From a virus (Duplodnaviria > Heunggongvirae > Uroviricota > Caudoviricetes): a DNA stretch of 64,000 bases. Position numbers and translations under genes: made by a program. Every line of letters starts with the position of its first letter. Position 1 is the first letter of the stretch. Positions 18,560-29,165 of the stretch are shown one piece after another. The notes under the pieces are model-generated. The model made no database searches. It was not told where the DNA came from and saw only the letters and a program-made list of their open reading frames with translations. The DNA is taken from the IMG/VR virus record IMGVR_UViG_2541047802_000007; one strand, given 5' to 3'.

Positions 18560-19732
18560 ATGGCTCAGGATTACCACCACGGGGTGCGCGTTGTTGAAGT
18601 CAACGAAGGCACCCGATCCATTACCACGGTGAGCACCGCCATCGTGGGCATGGTCTGCACGGGCGATGATGCCGATGCAAAAATGTTTCCTCTTAATAAA
18701 CCCGTACTGATCACTGATGTGCTGACTGCCAGCGGTAAAGCGGGTGAGTCCGGCACGCTGGCCCGTTCGCTGGATGCCATCGCTGACCAGGCAAAACCCG
18801 TGACCGTTGTTGTGCGTGTGCCGCAGGGTGAAACGGAAGACGAAACCACGACCAATATCATCGGCGCAGTGACTGCTGAAGGTAAAAAAACAGGTATGAA
18901 AGCCCTGTTATCTGCCCAGTCACAGCTCGGCGTTAAACCGCGCATTCTGGGTGTACCTGGTCACGACACCAAGGCGGTAGCTACTGAGTTGCTGAGCGTG
19001 GCGCAAAGCCTGCGTGGGTTTGCTTACCTGTCAGCGTATGGCTGCAAGACGATACAGGAGGCGATCACTTACCGTGAAAACTTCAGCCAGCGCGAAGGGA
19101 TGCTGATCTGGCCTGACTTTACTGGCTGGGACACGGTGCTGAATGCCGAAGCAACGGCATATGCCACCGCCCGTGCGCTTGGTCTGCGCGCCAAAATTGA
19201 CGAGCAGACCGGATGGCACAAAAGCCTGTCCAACGTGGGCGTGAACGGTGTCACCGGAATTTCTGCAGATGTGTTCTGGGATCTGCAGGACCCGGCAACC
19301 GATGCAGGTCTGCTGAACCAGAACGACGTCACCACGCTTGTGCGTAAAGACGGTTTCCGCTTCTGGGGTTCCCGCTGCCTGAGTGATGACCCGCTCTTTG
19401 CCTTCGAAAACTACACCCGCACGGCGCAGGTGCTGATGGACACGATGGCAGAAGCACACATGTGGGCGGTGGATAAACCGCTTAACCCGTCGCTGGCCCG
19501 CGACATTATCGAAGGTATCCGCGCCAAAATGCGCAGCCTGGTCAGTCAGGGCTATCTCATTGGTGGTGATTGCTGGCTGGATGAGTCGGTGAACGACAAA
19601 GACACGCTGAAAGCCGGAAAACTCACCATCGACTACGACTACACGCCAGTGCCGCCACTTGAAAACCTGATGCTGCGTCAGCGCATCACCGATCAGTACC
19701 TGGTGAATTTCGCCAGCCAGGTCAGCGCGTAA
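18560..19732 (+). CDS. FI: Tail sheath protein (P2 gpFI-like)
   Basis: 390-aa product. Confidence 0.9.
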   Translation: MAQDYHHGVRVVEVNEGTRSITTVSTAIVGMVCTGDDADAKMFPLNKPVLITDVLTASGKAGESGTLARSLDAIADQAKPVTVVVRVPQGETEDETTTNIIGAVTAEGKKTGMKALLSAQSQLGVKPRILGVPGHDTKAVATELLSVAQSLRGFAYLSAYGCKTIQEAITYRENFSQREGMLIWPDFTGWDTVLNAEATAYATARALGLRAKIDEQTGWHKSLSNVGVNGVTGISADVFWDLQDPATDAGLLNQNDVTTLVRKDGFRFWGSRCLSDDPLFAFENYTRTAQVLMDTMAEAHMWAVDKPLNPSLARDIIEGIRAKMRSLVSQGYLIGGDCWLDESVNDKDTLKAGKLTIDYDYTPVPPLENLMLRQRITDQYLVNFASQVSA

Positions 19733-19741
19733 GGGGACAAC

Positions 19742-20257
19742 ATGGCTTTACCACGCAAATTAAAACACCTGAACCTGTTTAACGACGGGAACAACTGGCA
19801 GGGGATCGTTGAGTCGCTGACGCTGCCGAAATTTACCCGCAAATATGAGAAGTATCGCGGCGGCGGAATGCCGGGTGCGGTGGATGTGGATCTGGGGCTT
19901 GATGACAGTGCGCTGGACACAGAATTTTCCATTGGTGGTACTGAATTGCTGCTGTTTAAACAGATGGGTAAAGCCACGGTGGATGGCATCCAGCTGCGCT
20001 TTACCGGCTCTATTCAGCGTGACGATACCGGGGAAGTGCAGGCCGTGGAGCTTGTCGTGCGTGGACGTCACAAAGAAGTGGATTCCGGCGAGTGGAAGAC
20101 GGGCGAAAGCAACACCACCAAAGTGACCAGTACCAACAGCTACGCGAAGCTGACCATCAATGGTGAGGTGCTCTATGAAGTGGACCTTATCAACATGGTG
20201 GAAATTGTGGACGGTGTGGACCTGATGGAAGCGCACCGCAACGCCCTCGGCCTCTGA
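19742..20257 (+). CDS. FII: Tail tube protein (P2 gpFII-like)
   Basis: 171-aa product. Confidence 0.9.
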   Translation: MALPRKLKHLNLFNDGNNWQGIVESLTLPKFTRKYEKYRGGGMPGAVDVDLGLDDSALDTEFSIGGTELLLFKQMGKATVDGIQLRFTGSIQRDDTGEVQAVELVVRGRHKEVDSGEWKTGESNTTKVTSTNSYAKLTINGEVLYEVDLINMVEIVDGVDLMEAHRNALGL

Positions 20258-20311
20258 TATATCTGAACGGCGCGGGATACCGCGCCAGAACCCAATTGAC
20301 AGGACAGCAAA

Positions 20312-20614
20312 ATGAGCGATAAGCAGACTGAAAAGACCATTCAACTGGATACCCCCATCAAGCGCGGTAAAACAGAAATCACCGAAATTGTGCTGCGTAA
20401 ACCGCAGTCCGGTGCGCTGCGCGGTACACGCCTGCAGGCCATTATGGATATGGATGTAAACGCGATGATGACCGTGATCTCCCGCATCTCCAGTCCGGCA
20501 CTGACTGCACAGGAAATTGCAGAGATGGACCCGGCAGATCTCACTGCCATGTCGGTTGAGGTTGTCACTTTTTTATTGAAGAAGTCGGTGCTTGCCGGTT
20601 TACCGACAGCCTGA
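20312..20614 (+). CDS. E: Tail assembly chaperone E
   Basis: 100-aa product upstream of tape measure gene. Confidence 0.8.
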   Translation: MSDKQTEKTIQLDTPIKRGKTEITEIVLRKPQSGALRGTRLQAIMDMDVNAMMTVISRISSPALTAQEIAEMDPADLTAMSVEVVTFLLKKSVLAGLPTA

Positions 20615-20748
20615 CGGTTGACGATCTGGTGGCAGATATCGCCACCATTTTTCACTGGCCGCCATCCGTTACTGACGTTATGCCGCTGACCGAAGTGCTG
20701 GAATGGCGGTATAAAGCGATTCAGAGAAGCGGGGCCAACGATGAGTGA
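20312..20748 (+). CDS. E': E+E' tail chaperone made by programmed -1 frameshift at T-run near 20568-20574
   Basis: Open -1 frame continues from TTTTTT site to stop at 20746-20748; span length 437 = 3n-1. Confidence 0.55.
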
Positions 20749-23700
20749 TAACAACCTGCGTCTGCAGGTCATTCTTAATGCGGTTGACAAGCTCACCCGC
20801 CCATTTCGATCTGCGCAGGCCAGTTCAAGAGAACTGGCTGCTGCTGTCAAAAAATCCCGCGATGCAATAAAGCAGCTTGATCAGGCCGGGAGCAGTCTGG
20901 ACAGCTTCCGAAAGCTGCAGGCAGAAAATCAGAAATTAGGCGACAGGCTGAACTATGCCCGCCAGCGTGCAAATTTGCTCAGTCAGGAACTGGGAGCGAT
21001 GGGGCCGCCTTCGCAACGTCAGGTTGTTGCTCTGGGCCGTCAACGGCTGGCTGTTCAGCGCCTGGAAGAACGCCAGAAAAAGCTGCAGCGGCAGACGGCG
21101 CTTGTGCGTGCTGAACTGTACCGGGCGGGAATTTCTGCGAAAGACGATGCGGGAGCAACTGCCCGTTTAGCCCGTGAAACATCACGTTATAACCAGGAAC
21201 TTTCGAAACAGGAGGCGCGGCTGAAGCGACTGGGGGAAGCTCAGCGCAGGATGAATGCAGCGCGTGCCAGTTATGCCCGTTCGCTGGAGGTGCGTGATCG
21301 TATTGCAGGTGCCGGAGCCACCACCACGGCTGCAGGGCTGGCAATGGGTGCGCCAGTGATGGCGGCAGTAAAAAGCTATACCAGCATGGAAGATGCCATG
21401 AAAGGTGTGGCAAAGCAGGTCAGTGGTTTGCGTGACGATAATGGCAACCGCACTGCACGTTTTTATGAAATGCAGGATGCCATCAAGGCTGCCAGCGAAC
21501 AGTTGCCGATGGAAAACGGTGCGGTGGACTTCGCTGCACTGGTTGAAGGTGGTGCGCGCATGAACGTCGCAAACCCTGACGACAGCTGGGAAGATCAGAA
21601 ACGTGACCTGCTGGCCTTCGCCAGTACGGCAGCAAAGGCGGCAACAGCCTTTGAGCTGCCAGCGGATGAACTGTCAGAAAGTCTGGGGAAAATCGCCCAG
21701 CTCTACAAAATCCCCACCCGCAATATTGAACAGCTCGGTGATGCGCTGAACTATCTGGATGATAACGCCATGTCGAAAGGGGCAGACATCATTGATGTGA
21801 TGCAACGTCTGGGCGGTGTGGCTGACCGTCTGGATTATCGTAAAGCGGCGGCGCTGGGTTCCACCTTCCTGACACTGGGCGCTGCGCCAGAGGTTGCAGC
21901 CAGTGCAGCAAACGCGATGGTGCGTGAATTGTCCATTGCCACCATGCAAAGCAAGAGTTTCTTTGAAGGGATGAATCTGCTGAAACTCAATCCTGAAGTG
22001 ATTGAAAAGCAGATGACGAAGGATGCGATGGGAACCATCCAGCGCGTGCTGGAGAAGGTAAACGCGCTGCCGCAGGACAAGCGCCTGTCTGCCATGACTA
22101 TGTTGTTTGGTAAAGAGTTTGGCGATGACGCGGCGAAACTGGCAAACAACCTGCCGGAACTGCAGCGTCAGTTAAAACTGACAGCGGGCAATGATGCGCT
22201 TGGCTCCATGCAGAAAGAATCCGACATTAACAAGGATTCACTTTCTGCGCAGTGGTTGCTGGTCAAAACCGGAGCGCAGAACACCTTCAGCAGCCTGGGC
22301 GAAACGCTGCGCCAGCCGCTGATGGATATTCTGTACACGGTGAAAAGCGTCACGGGGGCGTTGCGTCGCTGGGTGGAAGCTAACCCGGAACTGACAGGCA
22401 CACTGATGAAAGCATCGGCTGTTGTGGCTGCGGTTACCGTCGGCCTCGGCACCTTAGCGGTGGCGCTGGCTGCAGTGCTGGGGCCGCTGGCAGTGATCCG
22501 TCTGGGATTCTCTGTGTTGGGTATCAAAACGTTATCTTCCGTTACGGCAGCAGTAACTCGAACCAGCAGCGCGTTGTCCTGGCTGGCTGGCGCACCACTG
22601 GCACTGCTGCGACGCGGGCTTGCTTCATCGGGCAACGCCGCAGGTTTACTTACTGCGCCGTTGTCGTCTTTGCGCCGCACGGCATCACTGACGGGAAATG
22701 TCCTGAAAACTGTAGCAGGTGCGCCGGTTGCACTTTTGCGGTCTGGATTATCCGGTTTACGTGCTGTTGCTGTGATGTTTATGAATCCTCTGGCGGTACT
22801 GCGCGGTGGACTGGCCGCCGCAGGCACGGTGCTGCGAGTACTGGCATCTGGTCCACTGGCGATGCTGCGCGTTGCCCTGTATGCCATATCTGGTCTGTTA
22901 GGTGCTCTGCTCAGTCCGATAGGTCTTGTGGTTACTGCACTGGCGGGCGTGGCGCTGGTTGTCTGGAAATACTGGCAACCTATCACCGCATTTCTCGGTG
23001 GCGTGGTGGAAGGATTCAAAGCGGCGGCAGGTCCCATCAGTGCAGCGTTCGAACCGCTTAAGCCCGTGTTCCAGTGGATTGGCGACAAAGTGCAGGCGCT
23101 GTGGGGCTGGTTTACTGATCTACTGACGCCCGTTAAGTCGACCTCTGCCGAACTGCAGAGCGCAGCGGCAATGGGGCGGCGATTCGGGGAGGCACTGGCG
23201 GAAGGGCTGAATATGGTCATGCATCCGCTGGACTCCCTGAAATCCGGCGTTTCCTGGTTGCTGGAGAAGCTCGGCATTGTCAGTAAAGAGGCCGCAAAGG
23301 CAAAACTGCCGGAAAGCGTGACGCGTCAGCAACCTGCGACGGTGAATGCAGACGGTAAAGTGATGATGCCATCGGGTGGTTTTCCATCATGGGGATATGG
23401 CTTTGCGGGGATGTATGACAGCGGCGGGTATATCCCGCGCGGGCAGTTTGGCATCGTCGGTGAAAACGGGCCGGAAATTGTTAACGGCCCGGCAAATGTG
23501 ACCAGCCGGAGAAATACAGCTGCACTGGCTGCCGTTGTTGCCGGAATGATGGGCGTTGCTGCCGCGCCAGCAGAGCTTCCACCGTTGCACCCCTTGGCAC
23601 TTCCCGCGAAAGGTGGAGAAGCAATTGTGAGTCGCGCAGCCACTGTGCCACTCGTTCAACGGATTGAGGCACCGACGCAGATCATCATTCAGACGCAGCC

Positions 23701-23818
23701 AGGACAAAGTGCGCAGGATATTGCGCGGGAGGTGGCACGCCAGCTTGATGAACGTGAACGCAGGCTGAAGGCAAAAGCCAGGAGTAACTACAGCGATCAG
23801 GGGGGATACGACGCATGA
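20741..23818 (+). CDS. T: Tail tape measure protein (P2 gpT-like)
   Basis: 1025-aa product, coiled-coil N-terminus, Gly/Ala-rich repeats. Confidence 0.9.
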   Translation: MSDNNLRLQVILNAVDKLTRPFRSAQASSRELAAAVKKSRDAIKQLDQAGSSLDSFRKLQAENQKLGDRLNYARQRANLLSQELGAMGPPSQRQVVALGRQRLAVQRLEERQKKLQRQTALVRAELYRAGISAKDDAGATARLARETSRYNQELSKQEARLKRLGEAQRRMNAARASYARSLEVRDRIAGAGATTTAAGLAMGAPVMAAVKSYTSMEDAMKGVAKQVSGLRDDNGNRTARFYEMQDAIKAASEQLPMENGAVDFAALVEGGARMNVANPDDSWEDQKRDLLAFASTAAKAATAFELPADELSESLGKIAQLYKIPTRNIEQLGDALNYLDDNAMSKGADIIDVMQRLGGVADRLDYRKAAALGSTFLTLGAAPEVAASAANAMVRELSIATMQSKSFFEGMNLLKLNPEVIEKQMTKDAMGTIQRVLEKVNALPQDKRLSAMTMLFGKEFGDDAAKLANNLPELQRQLKLTAGNDALGSMQKESDINKDSLSAQWLLVKTGAQNTFSSLGETLRQPLMDILYTVKSVTGALRRWVEANPELTGTLMKASAVVAAVTVGLGTLAVALAAVLGPLAVIRLGFSVLGIKTLSSVTAAVTRTSSALSWLAGAPLALLRRGLASSGNAAGLLTAPLSSLRRTASLTGNVLKTVAGAPVALLRSGLSGLRAVAVMFMNPLAVLRGGLAAAGTVLRVLASGPLAMLRVALYAISGLLGALLSPIGLVVTALAGVALVVWKYWQPITAFLGGVVEGFKAAAGPISAAFEPLKPVFQWIGDKVQALWGWFTDLLTPVKSTSAELQSAAAMGRRFGEALAEGLNMVMHPLDSLKSGVSWLLEKLGIVSKEAAKAKLPESVTRQQPATVNADGKVMMPSGGFPSWGYGFAGMYDSGGYIPRGQFGIVGENGPEIVNGPANVTSRRNTAALAAVVAGMMGVAAAPAELPPLHPLALPAKGGEAIVSRAATVPLVQRIEAPTQIIIQTQPGQSAQDIAREVARQLDERERRLKAKARSNYSDQGGYDA

Positions 23819-24300
23819 TGATGGTGCTGGGATTGTACGTGTTTATGCTGCGCACCGTTCCGTATCAGGAACTGCAGTATCAACGCAGCTGGCGACATGC
23901 GGCAAACAGTCGGGTAAACCGACGTCCGTCCACGCAGTTTCTGGGACCGGAAAACGACATGCTGACGCTTTCCGGTGTTCTTATGCCGGAAATAACAGGC
24001 GGCAGGCTGTCGTTGCTGGCACTGGAGCAGATGGCAGAACAGGGGAAAGCATGGCCCCTGATTGAAGGCAGCGGCACGATTTACGGCATGTATGTGATTG
24101 AGGGACTGAATCAGACTAAAACGGAGTTTTTCCGCGACGGTATGCCGCGCCGGATTGAGTTCACCCTGTCGCTCAAACGAGTGGATGAATCCCTGTCCGA
24201 TATGTTCGGTGATCTCAGTGCGCAACTGAATAATCTGCAGGACACGGCAACGTCTGCCTTAAGCGATATCAGTAAAACGGTGGGAGGGCTGCTGTCGTGA
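23815..24300 (+). CDS. U: Tail protein U
   Basis: 161-aa product, synteny. Confidence 0.8.
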   Translation: MMMVLGLYVFMLRTVPYQELQYQRSWRHAANSRVNRRPSTQFLGPENDMLTLSGVLMPEITGGRLSLLALEQMAEQGKAWPLIEGSGTIYGMYVIEGLNQTKTEFFRDGMPRRIEFTLSLKRVDESLSDMFGDLSAQLNNLQDTATSALSDISKTVGGLLS

Positions 24301-25397
24301 ATTTCAGCTCTGAACTGCTTAACAAAGGCAACAAAACTCCCGCATTCAGCATCAGTATTGAGGGCAGGGATATCACCACTGTGCTGGATAACCGCCTGAT
24401 GAGTTTGACGCTGACGGATAACCGGGGCTTTGAAGCGGACCAGCTTGATCTGGAGCTGGATGACGCTGACGGAAAAATCGTGCTGCCGCGCCGTGGTGCG
24501 GTTATTACGCTGGCGCTGGGCTGGAAGGGGCAGCCGCTTTTCCCGAAAGGGGCATTCACAGTGGACGAGATTGAACACACTGGCGCACCGGACCGCCTGA
24601 CTATCCGGGCGCGAAGTGCTGATTTTCGGGAAACGCTGAATACCCGCCGTGAAAAATCGTGGCATAAGACCACCGTCGGGGAAGTGGTGAAGGAAATAGC
24701 CGCGCGGCACAAGCTGAAGATGGCACTGGGTAAAGACCTGTCGGATAAGCCCGTGGAGCATATAGACCAGACTAATGAGAGTGACGGCAGTTTTCTGATG
24801 CGGCTGGCGCGACAGTACGGTGCCATCGCGTCGGTGAAAAATGGCAATCTGTTATTCATCCGGCAGGGGCAGGGCAAAAGCGCCACTGGTAAACCTCTGC
24901 CAGTGATCACTATCACACGCAAGGACGGCGACAGTCACCGATTTACCCTGGCAGATCGCGGAGCCTACACGGGCGTAATTGCCAGCTGGTTGCATACCCG
25001 CGAACCTGCGAAGAAAGAAAGCACCACGGTGAAGCGTAAGCGCAGAACTAAGAAGCAGAAGAAAGAGCCGGAAGCGAAGCAGGGCGATTACCTGGTGGGT
25101 ACGGATGAAAACGTGCTGGTACTTAATCGCACTTATGCCAACCGGAGCAACGCTGAACGGGCAGCGAAAATGCAGTGGGAACGCCTGCAACGCGGCGTTG
25201 CGTCATTCTCGCTACAACTGGCGGAAGGGCGGGCAGATCTTTACACGGAAATGCCAGTGAAAGTTAGTGGCTTTAAACAACCGATAGATGATGCGGAATG
25301 GACCATTACGACTCTGACTCATACCGTCAGCCCGGATAATGGTTTTACGACCAGTATTGAACTCGAAGTGAAGATTGATGATCTTGAAATGGAATAA
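24297..25397 (+). CDS. D: Tail protein D (late control D)
   Basis: 366-aa product, synteny. Confidence 0.85.
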   Translation: MNFSSELLNKGNKTPAFSISIEGRDITTVLDNRLMSLTLTDNRGFEADQLDLELDDADGKIVLPRRGAVITLALGWKGQPLFPKGAFTVDEIEHTGAPDRLTIRARSADFRETLNTRREKSWHKTTVGEVVKEIAARHKLKMALGKDLSDKPVEHIDQTNESDGSFLMRLARQYGAIASVKNGNLLFIRQGQGKSATGKPLPVITITRKDGDSHRFTLADRGAYTGVIASWLHTREPAKKESTTVKRKRRTKKQKKEPEAKQGDYLVGTDENVLVLNRTYANRSNAERAAKMQWERLQRGVASFSLQLAEGRADLYTEMPVKVSGFKQPIDDAEWTITTLTHTVSPDNGFTTSIELEVKIDDLEME

Positions 25398-25465
25398 AGT
25401 GTTCTCAATATTGATATTTTGTGTATCATTACAATGATTCTGATAGCAAAGGTAGGGATCTGGAT

Positions 25466-25552
25466 ATGATGAATTGTCCAAAGTGTGGTCATGCGGCACA
25501 CACAAGGAGCAGTTTTCAAGTAACTGAAAGCACCAAAGAGCGTTACTGCCAG
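25466..25552 (+). pseudogene. ogr: 5' fragment (29 codons) of ogr-like Cys4 zinc-finger late activator, truncated by the Mu-like insertion
   Basis: MMNCPKCGHAAHTRSSFQVTESTKERYCQ then TGA supplied by Mu end; resembles P2 Ogr N-terminus. Confidence 0.8.
25548..25552. repeat. 5-bp target-site duplication GCCAG (copy at Mu right end)
   Basis: Identical 5-mer at 62172..62176 immediately outside the other Mu end. Confidence 0.85.
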
Positions 25553-25645
25553 TGAAGCGGCGCACGAAAAGCGCGAAAGCGTTTCAAATAAAATACGAAA
25601 ACTCAAAACTTTCGCGCTTCAATTGAGACAGTTGTTTTATGTATG
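25553..25645. repeat. Mu right-end attR region (transposase binding sites)
   Basis: Terminal sequence resembles recalled Mu right end. Confidence 0.7.
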
Positions 25646-26092
25646 TCAGTTTCGTTTACATTTATATGTCTTAAAAATATTCACATCATCTCGGATATAA
25701 AGATTTTTTCCTGATTTATCAACGATAAAATACTTTATAACCGCAGGATTTCTAGTCAAAGCATAGAGATAATCAGTCCCTTTAATCTTTTCATCCTTGT
25801 CTTGTTCGTCAATTTGGCCTGTTTCTATCTGAGTGTATAGTTCACCTGTATCAAGGTCTGTCCATGACCCCATATCAACGCCCATATGCATACGAATACC
25901 GTGGCAGGTCCAAAAACCAGAGGCAGGGGCTTTATTTGCAACACTCTTATCTGGATCTATCCCGGCGGACCTTAAGACTGCATCAGCAGCCACTTCAGGA
26001 TCAAAATCTTTTTCTTGAGCGTGATTGACTGAGGAGGCGGTTAGTACGAATAGGCTGATGATGGTACTGATTAGCAATTTTGATTTTTTCAT
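25646..26092 (-). CDS. 148-aa predicted secreted/periplasmic protein (signal peptide), AT-rich; accessory gene next to Mu right end
   Basis: N-terminal MKKSKLLISTIISLFVLTASSVNHA signal-like sequence; low GC; lies between mom and attR. Confidence 0.6.
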   Translation of the reverse strand: MKKSKLLISTIISLFVLTASSVNHAQEKDFDPEVAADAVLRSAGIDPDKSVANKAPASGFWTCHGIRMHMGVDMGSWTDLDTGELYTQIETGQIDEQDKDEKIKGTDYLYALTRNPAVIKYFIVDKSGKNLYIRDDVNIFKTYKCKRN

Positions 26093-26136
26093 CTAATATG
26101 CTCCGTATGTGAGTAAATACATAAATTTATATGATA

Positions 26137-26874
26137 CTAATCAGAACTGCTTTTTGGGTATGGCTGAATCCTGAATAGTTTGGTATTTAGCCGCTTTCTT
26201 GCTCGCTTGTTCAGGAACCTGATGTAGCGATACTGATTAAATTTGTGCACCACGGCACGCTCTTTATTAGCCCGTAAATACATGCCTCGTTGTCCACCGC
26301 GCTTAATTGCGTTCATCGTTATCTCGTGATACCACTCACCATCCAGCTCGTAGAACGTGCTTTCATGGCTGCCAATAAAATCAAAATTTGACGCCTGATA
26401 CACAACGCCAGCACGTCCGCAGCGTTCGTCTGCAAAAGACTGAACCCACTCCACTGACGGATACAGTAACCTTATGGTTTTCAGTGCATAACTGATGGCC
26501 CGTGATTCAGAGTTGCGGGGCATGTCGTCGTGTAGCCACATGCGGTTCAACTCCATATAGCCCCGGTTATCCGTTTCAAGCACGACACGACGACCAGAGT
26601 TGGGGTTAAGGGCATATCCCCACTGGAGAACGCCAACCAGATCGCGTCCGCTGAATACTCCCAAGTGGAGGTAAGAGTTATTCACAAAACGGCGGGAATA
26701 GTGCTTTGTCTGAATAATTGTGCGGGCCAGCCAGCAGGATATGGTTTCAACGCGCAGCTCCTTTGAACCATAGCCAACAATCTGGCTTTCATACTCAATA
26801 ACGCACGGTTTCGTCAGAATGCGTGATTTCTTCTCTTTTCCCACAATGTTTCTCCGTGGGATGCTCGCAGGCAT
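26137..26874 (-). CDS. mom: Mom DNA-modification protein (true start probably internal to the listed ORF)
   Basis: Position directly downstream of and overlapping com; size class. Confidence 0.7.
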   Translation of the reverse strand: MPASIPRRNIVGKEKKSRILTKPCVIEYESQIVGYGSKELRVETISCWLARTIIQTKHYSRRFVNNSYLHLGVFSGRDLVGVLQWGYALNPNSGRRVVLETDNRGYMELNRMWLHDDMPRNSESRAISYALKTIRLLYPSVEWVQSFADERCGRAGVVYQASNFDFIGSHESTFYELDGEWYHEITMNAIKRGGQRGMYLRANKERAVVHKFNQYRYIRFLNKRARKRLNTKLFRIQPYPKSSSD

Positions 26875-26983
26875 TCAGCATTATGATATGACGTTTGCAA
26901 CGCGGACACCTGATTTCAATGTGATCAAAGGAATCCGCCTTAAATAACAGTTTGTTGCAGTTTTTACAGCGAATTGATTTCAT
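26795..26983 (-). CDS. com: Com, zinc-finger translational activator of mom
   Basis: 62-aa product matching recalled Mu Com ([16 protein letters not shown]...). Confidence 0.85.
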   Translation of the reverse strand: MKSIRCKNCNKLLFKADSFDHIEIRCPRCKRHIIMLNACEHPTEKHCGKREEITHSDETVRY

Positions 26984-27041
26984 CTCACCTCCTTTGCATC
27001 AATTCGCCACTATCTTAAAAAACATCGTGGGTTGAGTGTGG

Positions 27042-27659
27042 TTATTGGGGCATAATCGATCTGTATTGCCGATCGATTTGATTGATTCGATCGTCGTTTT
27101 CTATATGCGTTCGTTTCGCGGGGTGTTTTTTATACAGAGTTGACAGAGCCACATCATAGATCAATGCAACCTGCTTGCGGGGGATTCCTTGTACTAATAA
27201 ACGCCCGGCCTGCTCCCATTCCGCTTTGGTTAGTTTAGGTGGTCGCCCACCAATACGGCCTTTATTTCTGGCGGCAGCAAGTCCAGCCATCGTTCGCTCG
27301 ATGATTAGTTCTCGTTCCATTTCAGCCAGGGCACCCATAACGTGGAAGAAAAAACGCCCCATTGGAGAAGATGTGTCTATGCTGTCGGTAAGACTGCGAA
27401 AATTAATCCCTCGCTCCCGTAGTTCCCCGACGAGGGAAATCAGATGTTTCATGCTTCGCCCGAGGCGATCCAGTTTCCAGACAACCAGTGTGTCACCTTT
27501 TTGAAGGCGCTTTAACGCGCGTTTTAATCCAGGTCTGTCTGTCCTTGTTCCGCTTAATTTATCTTCAAATATTTGTTCACATCCTGCACAAACAAGAGCG
27601 TTTCGTTGCAGGTCTGTATTCTGGTCATTTGTTGATACCCTTACATAGCCAATCAGCAC
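27042..27659 (-). CDS. gin: Gin serine DNA invertase
   Basis: Product begins MLIGYVRVSTNDQ..., serine recombinase/resolvase family, adjacent to G segment. Confidence 0.9.
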   Translation of the reverse strand: MLIGYVRVSTNDQNTDLQRNALVCAGCEQIFEDKLSGTRTDRPGLKRALKRLQKGDTLVVWKLDRLGRSMKHLISLVGELRERGINFRSLTDSIDTSSPMGRFFFHVMGALAEMERELIIERTMAGLAAARNKGRIGGRPPKLTKAEWEQAGRLLVQGIPRKQVALIYDVALSTLYKKHPAKRTHIENDDRINQIDRQYRSIMPQ

Positions 27660-27703
27660 TCTGGATCTCCCGTTTAAAAGCGCAAATCACGCCATGCAGG
27701 CCG

Positions 27704-27733
27704 GAAACAACCATTATCTAAAACCTCGGTTTA
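27704..27733. repeat. gix recombination site (right inverted repeat of G)
   Basis: ttatctaaaacctcggtttacaggaaacgg is the reverse complement of 30705..30734. Confidence 0.7.
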
Positions 27734-27763
27734 CAGGAAACGGTAAACAGGGCTGGTAACGCC

Positions 27764-28600
27764 GTGCAAAAAAATGGCGATACCTTGTCCGGTGGGCTTA
27801 CTTTTGAAAATGACTCAATCCTTGCCTGGATTCGAAATACTGACTGGGCGAAGATTGGATTTAAAAATGATGCCGATGGTGACACTGATTCATACATGTG
27901 GTTTGAAACAGGCGACAACGGCAATGAATATTTCAAATGGAGAAGCCGCCAGAGCACCACAACAAAAGACCTGATGACGCTGAAATGGGATGCACTAAAT
28001 ATTCTGGTAAATGCCGTCATTAATGGCAGTCTTGGAGTTGGTACGACGAATGCGTTAGGTGGTAGCTCTATTGTTCTTGGTGATAATGACACCGGATTTA
28101 AACAGAATGGAGACGGCATTCTGGATGTTTATGCTAATAGTCAGCGTGTATTCCGCTTTCAGAATGGAGTGGCTATTGCTTTTAAAAATATTCAGGCTGG
28201 GGATGGTAAAAAATTCACGCTATCCAGCTCCAACAACTCCACGAAGAACGTAGGGTTTAATTTATGGGGCGCTTCGTCAAGGCCAACTGTTGCAGAGCTT
28301 GGCGATGATTCTGGCTGGCATTTCTATAGTCAGCGAAATACAGATAACTCAGTAATATTTGCTGTTAACGGTCAGATACAACCCAGCAACTGGGGGAATT
28401 TTGATTCCCGCTATGTGAAAGATGTTCGCCTAGGTACGCGTGTTGTTCAATTGATGGCGCGTGGTGGTCGTTATGAAAAAGCCGGACACGCAATTACCGG
28501 ATTAAGAATCATTGGTGAAGTAGATGGCGATGATGAAGCCATCTTCAGACCAATACAAAAATACATCAATGGCACATGGTATAACGTCGCACAGGTGTAA
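27764..28600 (+). CDS. S': S' variable part of alternative tail fibre (expressed only after G inversion)
   Basis: Tail-fibre-like ORF in opposite orientation inside G segment. Confidence 0.65.
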   Translation: MQKNGDTLSGGLTFENDSILAWIRNTDWAKIGFKNDADGDTDSYMWFETGDNGNEYFKWRSRQSTTTKDLMTLKWDALNILVNAVINGSLGVGTTNALGGSSIVLGDNDTGFKQNGDGILDVYANSQRVFRFQNGVAIAFKNIQAGDGKKFTLSSSNNSTKNVGFNLWGASSRPTVAELGDDSGWHFYSQRNTDNSVIFAVNGQIQPSNWGNFDSRYVKDVRLGTRVVQLMARGGRYEKAGHAITGLRIIGEVDGDDEAIFRPIQKYINGTWYNVAQV

Positions 28601-28603
28601 ATT

Positions 28604-29137
28604 ATGCAGCATTTAAAAAATATTAAGTCAGGAAATCCAAAAACAAAAGAGCAATATCAGCTAACAAAGAATTTTGATGTTATCTGGTTATATACAGAAG
28701 ACGGTAAAAACTGGTATGAGGAAGTAAATAACTTTCAGGAAGACACCATAAAGATTGTTTACGACGAAAATAATATTATTGTTGCCATAACCAAAGATGC
28801 CTCCACACTTAACCCTGAAGGTTATAGCGTCGTTGAGATTCCTGATATTACCGCCAACCGGCGTGCTGACGACTCAGGTAAATGGATGTTTAAAGATGGC
28901 GCAGTCATTAAACGTGTATATACCGAAGAAGAGTTGCGCCTACAGACGGAAAACCAGAAAAAAATATTATTACAGCAGGCCAGAGAAAAAACGCAGTTCT
29001 GGCAAACACAGCTTGCGCTGGGAATTATCAGCGATTCAGACAGGCAAAGACTCATTAACTGGATGTTATACATGCAGCAGGTTGATGCCACAGATACCTC
29101 TGTTCTTCCTGTAACATTCCCGGAACAACCAGAATGA
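28604..29137 (+). CDS. U': U' alternative tail fibre assembly protein
   Basis: Paralog of U (shared N-terminus MxHLKNIKxGNPKT) on opposite strand. Confidence 0.75.
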   Translation: MQHLKNIKSGNPKTKEQYQLTKNFDVIWLYTEDGKNWYEEVNNFQEDTIKIVYDENNIIVAITKDASTLNPEGYSVVEIPDITANRRADDSGKWMFKDGAVIKRVYTEEELRLQTENQKKILLQQAREKTQFWQTQLALGIISDSDRQRLINWMLYMQQVDATDTSVLPVTFPEQPE

Positions 29138-29165
29138 GACAAGGCCCGCTATCGGGCCTTAATTT

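Noticed and set aside
22168-23277. 369-aa ORF antisense to the tape measure gene T
   Set aside because: Lies entirely within T on the opposite strand; low-complexity Ala/Ser/Pro-rich translation typical of antisense GC-rich sequence.
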